In this document: piece by piece, positions 30,057 through 38,830 of the stretch
Layout: each line of letters starts with the position of its first letter
Numbering within the stretch: the first letter of the stretch is position 1
Source of the DNA: a virus
Taxonomy: Duplodnaviria; Caudoviricetes
Length of the DNA: 52,997 nt
IMG/VR virus record: IMGVR_UViG_3300009506_000043
Span: 1 to 52,997 of that record
Reading direction: 5' to 3' (one strand)
Translations under genes and position numbers: made by a program
Notes under the pieces: generated by a model
What the model was told of the DNA's origin: nothing
The model's input: only the letters and a program-made list of their open reading frames with translations
Database searches by the model: none

Positions 30057-30269
30057 TCAGAGGTGCTTTATGTCGAAATGAACGCCTCGAATTCCGCAAG
30101 AGCGCCGAAGCTCATCTACCCCTAAACTTGCCTCCCAATGGTCGGCGCATTTAGGGCAGATGCCATACCCGGTGTCACGGTTCCACCATTGCCGGCCAAT
30201 GGTTCCAGCATCACAACAGCAACAAATTAGCCGCCGCACTCGCTTTCGGGTGGAGTTGGCTCTGGTCAT
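30057..30269 (-). CDS. Small Zn-binding hypothetical protein
   Basis: CCCC..QWWNRDTGYGICPKC. Confidence 0.6.
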   Translation of the reverse strand: MTRANSTRKRVRRLICCCCDAGTIGRQWWNRDTGYGICPKCADHWEASLGVDELRRSCGIRGVHFDIKHL

Positions 30270-30272
30270 GAT

Positions 30273-30413
30273 TCACCCCACATGCTCTACATCGGCGCTG
30301 CCACAGTGTGGACAGCGGACGGGCCCACAGTCAGGCTCGACCGCTGTGAAGTTGTGCCCGCACACATGACAGACAAACTCGAAAACGAGATCCAACCAGG
30401 CGGAGCCGGTCAT
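30273..30413 (-). CDS. 46-aa zinc-ribbon protein
   Basis: Manual translation MTGSAWLDLVFEFVCHVCGHNF..CPHCGSADVEHVG; coupled to upstream stop; below ORF-track cutoff. Confidence 0.55.
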   Translation of the reverse strand: MTGSAWLDLVFEFVCHVCGHNFTAVEPDCGPVRCPHCGSADVEHVG

Positions 30414-30829
30414 GATTCAACCCTCCCGTCTCTGTCCTCCACTCCGCAAGAGGCCAGCGCCGCCATCAGCAACTCGGCGGGGTTGGCCTTCAGCTCCTCG
30501 ACGCGCTGGCGAATATAAGCCACAAACTCCTCCCGGCGATCCCTGATCTCCCGGCAGATGAGCAGCACAACCAATATGTCCTTGCCGTCCAGGGAGTCAC
30601 AAATCGGGGCCAAGGACTCAATCAGCAATCCGTCGCTCGGTGCCCAGTCGGCGGGCAGCTCAGCGAGTATTTCCTTGCCCTCTTGGCTCGAATGAAACGG
30701 CCAACTGACCAGATGCGGCGCCACTTCATTGATCAGCGCATTGGCCGCCTCAACTTCGCGGAGGATCCACATCAGGCCGCGCTCTCGGTCTTCAACGCTC
30801 TCATGCACGGGGGTTTTCAAGAGTGCCAT
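30410..30829 (-). CDS. Hypothetical protein
   Basis: 139 aa, GAGGAGACC RBS. Confidence 0.65.
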   Translation of the reverse strand: MALLKTPVHESVEDRERGLMWILREVEAANALINEVAPHLVSWPFHSSQEGKEILAELPADWAPSDGLLIESLAPICDSLDGKDILVVLLICREIRDRREEFVAYIRQRVEELKANPAELLMAALASCGVEDRDGRVES

Positions 30830-30847
30830 AGCTTAGGTCTCCTCGTT

Positions 30848-31093
30848 TCAGCTTGGGTAGTTGTCGGCATCAGTCAGCAACCGGCCGCAGCTCTCGCAGC
30901 AATAGTCGGTGTCGCTATAGGGTGGATGATCAACGTCAGCCTCAAATTACCCATCAGTGATGCGCTCCGGGGGGACAAACCTATGTCGATTGCCCCAGCA
31001 GCGCCGGCAAAGGTCGATGTTTTCATTCTCCGGGGAGTCGAGATCAACCCCCGACAGAAACTCGTCATTCGTGGGATAACAAAGTCGCGGCAT
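30848..31093 (-). pseudogene. Small Zn-finger gene interrupted by an in-frame TAA
   Basis: RBS and ATG at 31093; ..DLCRRC..ITDG*FEADVDHPPYSDTDYCCESCGRLLTDADNYPS*; stop at 30947-30949 splits the two CxxC pairs. Confidence 0.6.
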
Positions 31094-31096
31094 CGG

Positions 31097-31318
31097 TCAG
31101 GTCTCCTCGTTATGTGACCAGTCTTGGGCCACGGTGTCGCCCTCTAGGTGCGCCGTAGCCAAATGGTGTTCGACCTGCTGCCACTGGGCAGACAGATCAG
31201 GGGGGCCGTACCCGCCGCACGGTCGACGCCCCCGCGACATAGCAGTGATCAGCTTGGCCAGCTCGTTGCGGGTCACCGTCAACCTCACGGCGTCTGGTGA
31301 AAGAATCTCGACAATCAT
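31097..31318 (-). CDS. Hypothetical protein
   Basis: 73 aa, GAGGAGACC RBS. Confidence 0.6.
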   Translation of the reverse strand: MIVEILSPDAVRLTVTRNELAKLITAMSRGRRPCGGYGPPDLSAQWQQVEHHLATAHLEGDTVAQDWSHNEET

Positions 31319-31334
31319 CGTCTCGGTCTCCTCG

Positions 31335-31631
31335 TCAATTGCGCTCCGGGCAGTGCAGGTGCAGGGTATTCATTGGGCGCTGCGACTTCAGCTCTTTCGC
31401 GGCGCACTCAGCGCAAGTGTGGTGACAAACTGAAACGAAGGCCACAAACTGGTCGTTGAGTTTGTCGATTGCCTTAAACGCTTCGTCTGGCGTGAGGTCC
31501 TTGAACCCTTCGGTCTCCAGAATCGTGAGCAGCTGGCTGATCGCCTTGAATCCGGGCAGGACGTCCTTGATCACCAGGGCAACCATTGGATGCAGCACGC
31601 CCAAGTCAAGTAGGGTGTGGGTCGTCGCCAT
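31335..31631 (-). CDS. Hypothetical protein with C-terminal Cys/His cluster
   Basis: 98 aa, GAGGAGACC RBS. Confidence 0.6.
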   Translation of the reverse strand: MATTHTLLDLGVLHPMVALVIKDVLPGFKAISQLLTILETEGFKDLTPDEAFKAIDKLNDQFVAFVSVCHHTCAECAAKELKSQRPMNTLHLHCPERN

Positions 31632-31654
31632 GTTCGGTCTCCTCGGTTAATGGG

Positions 31655-32086
31655 TTACAGTTTGGCGCGCTCTTCGCACACCTCGCACACGTAAGCCAGG
31701 GTCTCGATCGTCACCGAAATGACCCGCCCGCAGCGACTGCAGGGCAGCCAGTGTCGCAGACCATCTCGTTCTGGGGCCATGACGCGGCTGACGGTGGGAT
31801 CCCAAGTGATTGAAACGGTCCCGTCGGGGTTCACCTTGCCGGAGATACGCAAGCGGCGCCCCTGCAGCTTCGCTTGCTCAAGGCATCGGTCGCAGACCAG
31901 TGTTGCCAGGTCGACGGTCTTGTCAGCCACCGCAAAGCGGCTCAACGTAACCGCGTCATGGCAACGCGAGCATGGAACCCATTGGCGGGCGGTGCCGGCG
32001 AGTCTGGACGGCGCGGGCAAGACTTCATCGGCCGGCCGCCAGGCGATCGTGGCAACGCCGGTCTCAGGGTTGTAGTCTGCTCTCAT
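31655..32086 (-). CDS. Tandem-duplicated Zn-finger protein
   Basis: Two copies of NPxxG..IxW..RxWxPCSRC..VCxxC; RBS present. Confidence 0.65.
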   Translation of the reverse strand: MRADYNPETGVATIAWRPADEVLPAPSRLAGTARQWVPCSRCHDAVTLSRFAVADKTVDLATLVCDRCLEQAKLQGRRLRISGKVNPDGTVSITWDPTVSRVMAPERDGLRHWLPCSRCGRVISVTIETLAYVCEVCEERAKL

Positions 32087-32231
32087 CGGTTTGGTCTCCT
32101 CGTGAGTCTCGGAGCATCTGCTCCTGAAAGGGGAAGAGCGTAAAGGGCAGCCGGTCGGCTCGGGGCTGGCCAGAGAACAGCCAGTGAAAGATGAGCAGGA
32201 TGAGCGGCGAGTAGCTGCTGAGTGTCATCGG

Positions 32232-32465
32232 TCAGGCCTCCACAAAGCAGTTCAAGTTCGGCCCCACCGGATAGCACCCAGGGCAGTCATTCTGGCCGCA
32301 GCCTGGGCACTCATACAGATCGACGCCCGAGCAGCCGGGGCCATGCCACGGGCCGCCGTCGTAGCCGCCGGGCCTGGAGTACCAGCTGCTGCCTCGGGCC
32401 AGCCACACAACAGGGCTGCCGCTGAAGTGGAAGTATTGGCCGGCAGGCAGGTCGTTCAGAGTCAT
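32232..32465 (-). CDS. Small Cys-rich hypothetical protein
   Basis: 77 aa, GAGGAGACC RBS, CPGC twice. Confidence 0.6.
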   Translation of the reverse strand: MTLNDLPAGQYFHFSGSPVVWLARGSSWYSRPGGYDGGPWHGPGCSGVDLYECPGCGQNDCPGCYPVGPNLNCFVEA

Positions 32466-32647
32466 CTGTCAGGTCTCCTCATTGGCTCAGGTCGAGCGAA
32501 CTTGGGCACTCGGTTAGTCAACACGAGATCACCTTTACGGTGTCCCTCTAGCAGCTTCAGCTCCCAAAACAGGGCACCGAAGCACATCTCGGAGCGGCCG
32601 GTGTACTCGGCGCGGTCGCCCTTCCAAAACGTCTTTTCGCCTGTCAT
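32462..32647 (-). CDS. Hypothetical protein
   Basis: 61 aa, GAGGAG RBS. Confidence 0.6.
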   Translation of the reverse strand: MTGEKTFWKGDRAEYTGRSEMCFGALFWELKLLEGHRKGDLVLTNRVPKFARPEPMRRPDR

Positions 32648-32676
32648 GGTTCAGGGCTCCTCGGTAAAGAGTGGAA

Positions 32677-32973
32677 CTACACGCCGGCCACGTCGAGCAG
32701 CCGATCCATCAGCCACTGCGTCGCCCGCTCGAATCGGACACTGACGCCGCGAATCTCATCGGCATCGATCGAATAGGCCTCCAGCTCGGCCCGCATCAGC
32801 TGCCCAATGGTCGGGCCAGGATCGTCTTGCACGTAGTGACAGCGCTCCAGCAGCCGCAGCGCCTTGATGATGACCGCCATCTCGCGGGAAGTGAATCGCA
32901 GCCGTGGCAGGACGGCCGCTTGGGTGGGAAGTGGTTTATGTGCCATGATTGTGTCTCCTTTTGAGTGTGCCAT
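32677..32973 (-). CDS. Hypothetical protein (first gene of early cluster)
   Basis: Follows promoter; AAGGAG RBS suggests start at MAHKPL (~32946). Confidence 0.6.
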   Translation of the reverse strand: MAHSKGDTIMAHKPLPTQAAVLPRLRFTSREMAVIIKALRLLERCHYVQDDPGPTIGQLMRAELEAYSIDADEIRGVSVRFERATQWLMDRLLDVAGV

Positions 32974-33011
32974 TAAGTTGTCACCAGTCCATCAGGTCGG
33001 ACCCACAAGAT

Positions 33012-33040
33012 AGTCTAGGCACATATGCCCAGCGGTGCAA
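33012..33040 (-). promoter_or_regulatory. Sigma70-like promoter for the small-gene cluster
   Basis: TTGCAC-17 nt-TAGACT; spacer contains inverted repeat GGCA-N4-TGCC. Confidence 0.65.
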
Positions 33041-33720
33041 TAACCGAGAACGAGTTAATTGAAAGAAAAGAAAAAGGATTTGACTGACAGGGAGGGGCGG
33101 GACGGAAATGAGGGTGAGGGAAGGGGAGCACCGATGCCTATCAGGCGAACTTGTATGACAAGTTAAAGGCAGTCGGTCGGGCCGGCGTCGTGCTCGGCTG
33201 GTCAGCAGGCGGAGGCGGGCTCGGCCTCATCCTGTCCGCGCGTCGCGTGCGTGCTTCGCCTTCTGCTTCGGCCTGATCCCCCAAGGGCCAAATCCCCGCA
33301 GGCTGCTCGAGGTGGTGGGGGCTGCGTCAGCCCATGCCTGGGTGCAGGCGGGCGGGCTGCGCTCCCATCAGCGTGCCTGGGCGCGCTCAAGGGGGCCCCT
33401 GGGCGCGGAGGGGGGGCTCCAGGATCTGAACCACGCCCCCCGGGCGAGGCAGGCAGCCTTCCTACCTTATAGCGCCCCTTTAGTCTATACCAGTTCTGGG
33501 AGGGACTTTAGGCAACCTAGGACGTATGGAGCTGTTTACAGTGTGGCCCATACTCTTGGACTGTGTATAACGTATTACCGCGTGCGGGCGGGGGCGGGCG
33601 CGTGTGTGCCTGCGCGTGTGCGCGTGCGCGAGGGGGCGCAGAGAAACGCCCGTCAGCTGGTGGCATCCTGACGGGCGTCAGCCTACCGATGCTGTCGGTA
33701 GGGGTGTGTCAAAGGTTCCT

Positions 33721-34053
33721 CTAGGAATTGTTCTCCAGCCGCAGGATCTTAATGCGGAGCCGCAGGATCTCCATATCGGCCAGGCTGTCCGGTTCGGTCT
33801 GGAAGCCGCAGGCGGTGCATCTGACTAGGGAGCCGCTGTCGGTCGATGAATCGTACCCTTGAACAACGGGCAGCTCTCCGCATCGGGGACATGGGGTATC
33901 TTCTACTGCATCCACCCCTGTCGAGGCATGGCGGCCAGGTCGGTGTTTCTCGCAATCGAATAGATGGCCGCGAAACATCGACTCCTCCAGCGTAATGCGT
34001 TCCTCCAGTTTCTGGGCCAGTTTCTGGAGCTGGATATCTGCGTCACTCATCAC
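33721..34053 (-). CDS. Zn-ribbon (Lar-like) hypothetical protein
   Basis: PCPRCG..VRCTACG. Confidence 0.5.
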   Translation of the reverse strand: MMSDADIQLQKLAQKLEERITLEESMFRGHLFDCEKHRPGRHASTGVDAVEDTPCPRCGELPVVQGYDSSTDSGSLVRCTACGFQTEPDSLADMEILRLRIKILRLENNS

Positions 34054-34079
34054 TCAGCCCCTGGTCGTTCCTTCCAGTA

Positions 34080-34119
34080 AAAAACCCGCCAGGAAAGGAA
34101 CACGGAAAACCTGGCGGGT
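34080..34119 (-). terminator. Possible terminator hairpin
   Basis: ACCCGCCAGG..CCTGGCGGGT inverted repeat followed by a T-run on the minus strand; loop is long. Confidence 0.4.
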
Positions 34120-34226
34120 CGAGCGAGAGGGAAGCCCTTGGTTCTCGGTGAAAATACCCGCCGGAGCGGGCGTCTCGACCCCGGCGGGCGGTCCGTATGC
34201 GACAACCCCGGTGTGGGGCGCGGCGT

Positions 34227-34688
34227 CTATTGTCGTCCGGGGGCCGGCGGCGTCAACCCTTGAATTGGCCGGAGGATGGACATGCCTTCCAATCCGTCTT
34301 CACCGGCGGGGCGGTCAAGAGCCTGCTGGATCCGTGCCAAAAGCGTCTCCAGCTCCATCCTCAGGTCGTAGGTGTCCGCTCGCCTGTTGTCTTCTTCAGC
34401 CTCCAGCTCGTCACACTCCTCCTGTAGCCACGGCTGGCTCTGGCCTAGCAGTTCTCGCAGCCGCTGATTGTCGGCCTCTTGCCCTTCAAGACGCCTCTTT
34501 ACCTCGCCCAGCACAGCAAAGGCATCCGAGCGCTCTAGAATCGCCTCATCACGCTCCTTACGCAGCTTGAGAATTTCATCCAGAGCTTCGCCAACAGTCG
34601 GTCGCTTTTGTGTTGTATTTTCAAATACCGTGTCAAGCATCTCTAGATCGCGGAGAATCGTCCGCAGTTTGCACACGATATCAGCCAT
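34227..34688 (-). CDS. Coiled-coil hypothetical protein
   Basis: 153 aa, AGGAGG RBS. Confidence 0.65.
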   Translation of the reverse strand: MADIVCKLRTILRDLEMLDTVFENTTQKRPTVGEALDEILKLRKERDEAILERSDAFAVLGEVKRRLEGQEADNQRLRELLGQSQPWLQEECDELEAEEDNRRADTYDLRMELETLLARIQQALDRPAGEDGLEGMSILRPIQGLTPPAPGRQ

Positions 34689-34801
34689 CTCACCCCTCCT
34701 GCTCGGGTCACATCGGAAAGGATCCAGTCTAGATCGAAGTCTGGCGAGGCTTAACCCTGGAAATAATGCAGGATTTGAGTAGACTTGGAGAGGAGGAAAT
34801 C

Positions 34802-35305
34802 ATGCCACACCGATGGTTGAAGCGCCGGCCCGAATTGACGGTCCTGCAGCTCAAGATCCCAAAGAAGTGGGAACCGATTCTGCGAGACTTGTTTGCAAAT
34901 CCGAGGGATTTCCACCAATGGCTTCGTGGGAAGATTGAGGCAGAGCTTGTCGAACCTTTCCAGAGGCGTGTATTAAAAGATGAATCTGCGAACCGGTTGA
35001 ATGAGAGATGGCGGCAAGGGTTGCGGGCCGAGGAAGCCAGGCTGGCCGAGGAGCAGTTTTGGAAGCGGCCGAGGGGCCTGGTGTGGACCTTCACATCCAC
35101 AGGGTATGTGGGGTGCTCGGATGTGGAGGACGGGGAGGCCGGGTTTATCGACGAGCACGGGATCTGGCATCCCAGGAGCCGGCATGCGGCGGAAGAGGTG
35201 GCGATCGGGCTCAGGCGATACCTCCAGTTGCGGGGCCCGGACACATTGGAGAAGCTGGGACCGAGATATCAACGTTTTTCCAGCAGGTATCATGCAGGGG
35301 TCTGA
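34802..35305 (+). CDS. Sole plus-strand gene; possible ribbon-helix-helix regulator
   Basis: Strong GAGGAGG RBS before ATG at 34802; N-terminal beta-strand/helix/helix pattern. Confidence 0.55.
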   Translation: MPHRWLKRRPELTVLQLKIPKKWEPILRDLFANPRDFHQWLRGKIEAELVEPFQRRVLKDESANRLNERWRQGLRAEEARLAEEQFWKRPRGLVWTFTSTGYVGCSDVEDGEAGFIDEHGIWHPRSRHAAEEVAIGLRRYLQLRGPDTLEKLGPRYQRFSSRYHAGV

Positions 35306-35600
35306 CGGGATCGGGGCGCGGCGGCTTGTTGGGGCCGACCTCATCTAGCTTGGGTTTGCCATCTGGGACAGGCACTCGCCGGCAGACACAGATGTTCAGA
35401 TGATCGAGGATTGGAGCCAGGCGATCACCGGACAGGTCACTGCGGCCCTGTAAGTACCTATGCAGGTGGTCCAATGTGCAAGGGAACCGCTTGTGGGTCT
35501 TCCGCTCGTATTCGATGATCAGCCCAGGGCGACTCAATCCACGGCGCTTAAGCTCGATCATGATGATGCGGCGGAAGCAAAGGGGATTACGGCGGGACAT
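35211..35600 (-). CDS. XRE/Cro-like HTH regulator
   Basis: ELKRRGLSRPGL..LHRYLQGRSDLSGDRLAPILDHL pattern; own promoter. Confidence 0.6.
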   Translation of the reverse strand: MSRRNPLCFRRIIMIELKRRGLSRPGLIIEYERKTHKRFPCTLDHLHRYLQGRSDLSGDRLAPILDHLNICVCRRVPVPDGKPKLDEVGPNKPPRPDPVRPLHDTCWKNVDISVPASPMCPGPATGGIA

Positions 35601-35645
35601 CGTATCTCCAAGCGAAGAGGGGTGAAGGCAGGTCTATCTGCCTCC

Positions 35646-35674
35646 ACCATAAAGACCCCGCATTTGAATTGCAA
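35646..35674 (-). promoter_or_regulatory. Sigma70-like promoter upstream of HTH gene
   Basis: TTGCAA-17 nt-TATGGT. Confidence 0.55.
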
Positions 35675-35729
35675 TCACCCATATGGGGAATTTTGCCCCG
35701 GACACTCCGAGGCGGGGGTACTATCTCCG

Positions 35730-36077
35730 TCACCCACCTGAAGGCGGGCAGGCCGGTAGGAGGATCGGAGGTGTGAATTGGCGGACGATCTTCCTCACCG
35801 GCCTGCGAGCGACTGTCTTCTTTTGGATCAAGTTGGGTCCTTGGATCTTGGATTGAGAAGGTTTAGCAGGAGGGACGGGCTGAGCGATTGACGCACTTGC
35901 AGGCGGAATCCACGGATATAGGTTCGACATGCGAGTTGCATCTGCAGAAACGGCCGGCTTGACTGGTAGGAAAAACCAGGCACGCCAGCGCTGCGCGTTG
36001 ACTGGCGGGACGGGGCTGGCCAAGAGGACCAGCGTCAGCGCGGCAGCAGATAGAAGTCTGCAAGTGTTGGTTCCCAT
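35730..36077 (-). CDS. Signal-peptide-bearing Pro-rich protein
   Basis: Hydrophobic N-terminus ending VNA|Q; C-terminal CPPSGG. Confidence 0.5.
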   Translation of the reverse strand: MGTNTCRLLSAAALTLVLLASPVPPVNAQRWRAWFFLPVKPAVSADATRMSNLYPWIPPASASIAQPVPPAKPSQSKIQGPNLIQKKTVARRPVRKIVRQFTPPILLPACPPSGG

Positions 36078-37003
36078 CCGTCCACTCCTGCTAATGCGAA
36101 TGTATCTCGGGCTGGCAGCATGCGGGTCGCTGCGACATCAGCGTCAATCAAAAACACGCCGGGAGGAAGTAGAATCTCCTCTCCGGTCTGGAGGGTGACA
36201 CGATTGTTCCCTCCTGGGGAATTCTGGCCCCATGACTGCCAAATTCCAACCGTCTGCAGTCCATTGGGGTGGCTGGGGTGCTTGATCAGTACGGCGCCAC
36301 AGCCTTCCATACAATGAGCCCAGGAGCCCGACGGTTGACACATGCCGTATTGATCCCGCGTCTCAGTAAACCCTTGGTTACTGCAGAAGGCCAGTGGCTT
36401 GTAACTCCAGAAGCAGGAGAGCATGACGTCTCGGGTGAGGACCAAGGAGGCGTCACTGATCAAGTGCTTGCGGGCCTCGGGCTCGATGGCGTCGGGCATC
36501 CCGGTATTGCCCCAGGAGACACAGAAGGTTTCGTCATTGTCGGGCGACAGATCGATAACGGCACCATCCCCGACCTCATACTTAAGCCTCAGGAGGACAC
36601 CTATCTGCTTCACAGACTTCGCTGCCCAGGCCCCGGTGGATCCATCGCCTCGGAGGCCGCCGCCGCCAATCTCGACGCGAGAGGGGCCGTAGATCGAGGC
36701 CGGCGCCACCTTGGCGAACCACTCCTCAATGTCTCCATGTTCCAGAATGTCGGCCAGGGCAACGTGTTCGACGGCGCGGGAAAACCCCTGGCCGACGCAG
36801 GTTCCTCGGGCCTGGTAATGGGCGGGGTTGATCTTGCCCAGCATCTCAAATTCCAGATCCCAGAAGCAGACGTCCTTAGGTTCGGCCCGCCGCATCAGGG
36901 AGAGGCCGACGTCCGATTCATGCAAGATCGGATTCGGAAGGGTTTTCAAGACCGCCTCAACGGCGGCAGGATCGTCGATCCATCCAAAAGGTCCGGCGGG
37001 CAT
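36035..37003 (-). CDS. Papain-like (C1 family) cysteine peptidase
   Basis: QARGTCVG (oxyanion Q, catalytic C), WAHCM (H), IWQSWG (NSWG variant); AAGGAG RBS. Confidence 0.8.
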   Translation of the reverse strand: MPAGPFGWIDDPAAVEAVLKTLPNPILHESDVGLSLMRRAEPKDVCFWDLEFEMLGKINPAHYQARGTCVGQGFSRAVEHVALADILEHGDIEEWFAKVAPASIYGPSRVEIGGGGLRGDGSTGAWAAKSVKQIGVLLRLKYEVGDGAVIDLSPDNDETFCVSWGNTGMPDAIEPEARKHLISDASLVLTRDVMLSCFWSYKPLAFCSNQGFTETRDQYGMCQPSGSWAHCMEGCGAVLIKHPSHPNGLQTVGIWQSWGQNSPGGNNRVTLQTGEEILLPPGVFLIDADVAATRMLPARDTFALAGVDGWEPTLADFYLLPR

Positions 37004-37089
37004 GGCGATACTCCTTGATGCGCCACCCCAGGCCGCCAGGGTGGCGCGAATGAATTACGTCGAGTCGACCTGCGAAAGCGTCAATGATC

Positions 37090-37578
37090 TCAGGGCCTAT
37101 TGACGATCGAGTCGTGGATCTCCCTGACGACGGCGCCTTCCAACTCAACGGTCGCCTCGATCAAGTTCCGAAACATCGCATCACCACCCGCTTCACGGAA
37201 TGGACGCCGCCCGACGGCTCGAATCGCTCGATTGCGCCAGACCATGTATCGCAGACCAGTGACGTTTTCGGCGACCTTGGGTACGTTCTCGGGCTCCAGA
37301 TTGCACAGCTCAATGATGAGCGGCAGGAGTTCCTCGATGATTTGGATTATCACCAAAATCACTGAGGGATCAAAAAGTGACAGTTCGGGGAAGGTCTTGC
37401 GATGGACCATTTCCGCTACTTGAACAGTGGGTCGTGCAACCATTTCAGTCTCCTCGTTACAGTGGAAAGTGCAGTCAACAATTTGAATGTCGTAAATGCC
37501 AGTGTTCGTGATTGCTCCCCAGCAGGGGGCGATTGTGCAACCACGAAATATCACCGGAATGCTATTCGTGTTTTGCAT
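37090..37578 (-). CDS. Hypothetical protein with hydrophobic segment
   Basis: DPSVILVIIQIIEELLPLIIELC; likely start MVARP (~37443) after GAGGAG. Confidence 0.5.
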   Translation of the reverse strand: MQNTNSIPVIFRGCTIAPCWGAITNTGIYDIQIVDCTFHCNEETEMVARPTVQVAEMVHRKTFPELSLFDPSVILVIIQIIEELLPLIIELCNLEPENVPKVAENVTGLRYMVWRNRAIRAVGRRPFREAGGDAMFRNLIEATVELEGAVVREIHDSIVNRP

Positions 37579-37684
37579 CGCAGTACCCTTCAGAAAGGCA
37601 TGAAGCAGTCACGCAGAGTTCTCACGATCACCCACAAGGTCAATCCGATGCCACCAATCACTGCGGCATACAGACATAGGCGAG

Positions 37685-38086
37685 TCACCCCTCAATTTCT
37701 GCCTGAAGGATGGACCAGCGGTAGATCAGATAGTCGAAGGCTATATGCGCCGGCGCATCATTCCTGATGCTCGTATTCGCAGCCTCTTGCCAGTCATCAA
37801 GTAGGAGTTTCATGCGGTCAACCAGTCCTTGGAGTCGGTTCTTGTCGATCTGCAGCTTGTGGGCCCCAATAACGAGCCTGTCGTACTCCTGGATCAACCA
37901 GACGTGATGTGACGCAGCGGCATTAACCGTAGAAAAGTCCGCCCTCACATCTTCGCCCTGCATGATCGTATAGCCGCCCAAGCTGTTGCCATGCATTCTT
38001 ACCCGAAACTTCCTCTCGTTTTTCTGAGTCGACGATAGCTCGTGTGGCAAATTGTGGATGAACGGATCTCTATCTCCATTTGGCAT
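37685..38086 (-). CDS. Hypothetical protein
   Basis: Start reassigned to MPNGD after AGGAGG. Confidence 0.55.
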   Translation of the reverse strand: MPNGDRDPFIHNLPHELSSTQKNERKFRVRMHGNSLGGYTIMQGEDVRADFSTVNAAASHHVWLIQEYDRLVIGAHKLQIDKNRLQGLVDRMKLLLDDWQEAANTSIRNDAPAHIAFDYLIYRWSILQAEIEG

Positions 38087-38087
38087 G

Positions 38088-38714
38088 TCACCCCTCCTGA
38101 CCCCCGGCGGTGAAGCCAAGGGCTTCTTCGGTATCTGCGACCAAGTTAGCCTCTTCATCGATTGTCCAGCCAATGAGCCACCGGTTCAGTAACTCTTTCA
38201 GCCGCTGATTATCCTCACGAAGTTGTGCCTCCCTGCCGCGCACTTTATCGACGATGGCAAACTGGCTGACGACGATCTGAGCCATTTGGTTCTCGGTAGA
38301 ATCAAGACACTCTTGCGAACCTCGTTCCAGCTTGGTGACTACTCGACGCAAGTTGGTGAGGATTTCGTTTTTCGTTTCCATCCCAGCCATCCTTTCTGGG
38401 TTAGTCACCTTCACAAATCCAAGAAGGTCGTCGTTAAACTCCTGCAGTGCCACATGGGCGATCGCTTGACATTGATCAAGCGCGACAGCGCGCCCCTCAA
38501 GGTATGCCTCTCTCATATCCGCTGGACCCCTCAAGGGAACGCGACAAATCTTCTTCAGCGCCTTCAGTAGGATTTCCTGGCGCCGGATCAATTCAGCGTT
38601 GCGTTCAATATCGTTCATCACAGCCTTCCTTTGCACCGATGGAATCCATATGGCCCGGCCAAACTCGGCTTGCTTGCGCGATTCGGGATCGGGTGGCAGT
38701 TGATCAATCCCCAT
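38088..38714 (-). CDS. Coiled-coil hypothetical protein
   Basis: Start reassigned to MGIDQ after AAGGAGG; the longer 311-aa call runs through the pentamer array. Confidence 0.6.
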   Translation of the reverse strand: MGIDQLPPDPESRKQAEFGRAIWIPSVQRKAVMNDIERNAELIRRQEILLKALKKICRVPLRGPADMREAYLEGRAVALDQCQAIAHVALQEFNDDLLGFVKVTNPERMAGMETKNEILTNLRRVVTKLERGSQECLDSTENQMAQIVVSQFAIVDKVRGREAQLREDNQRLKELLNRWLIGWTIDEEANLVADTEEALGFTAGGQEG

Positions 38715-38735
38715 CTCACCCGCCTCCTTCACGCT

Positions 38736-38830
38736 GTCTTGTCTTGTGCAGTCCGAAGATGTCAGGGCTGATGTCGTCCAGTCGTATGGCATGCGATGCC
38801 GTGTGGTGAAGTGCGGTCGTGCCGCGTCAT
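38736..38830 (-). ncRNA. Pentamer-periodic array 2 (candidate guide RNA), 19 units
   Basis: Plus-strand units gtctt gtctt gtgca gtccg aagat gtcag ggctg atgtc gtcca gtcgt atggc atgcg atgcc gtgtg gtgaa gtgcg gtcgt gccgc gtcat; pattern R-T-S-N-N. Confidence 0.7.

Noticed and set aside
30947-30949. Alternative genetic code
   Set aside because: All three stop codons end genes normally and long genes are intact under code 11
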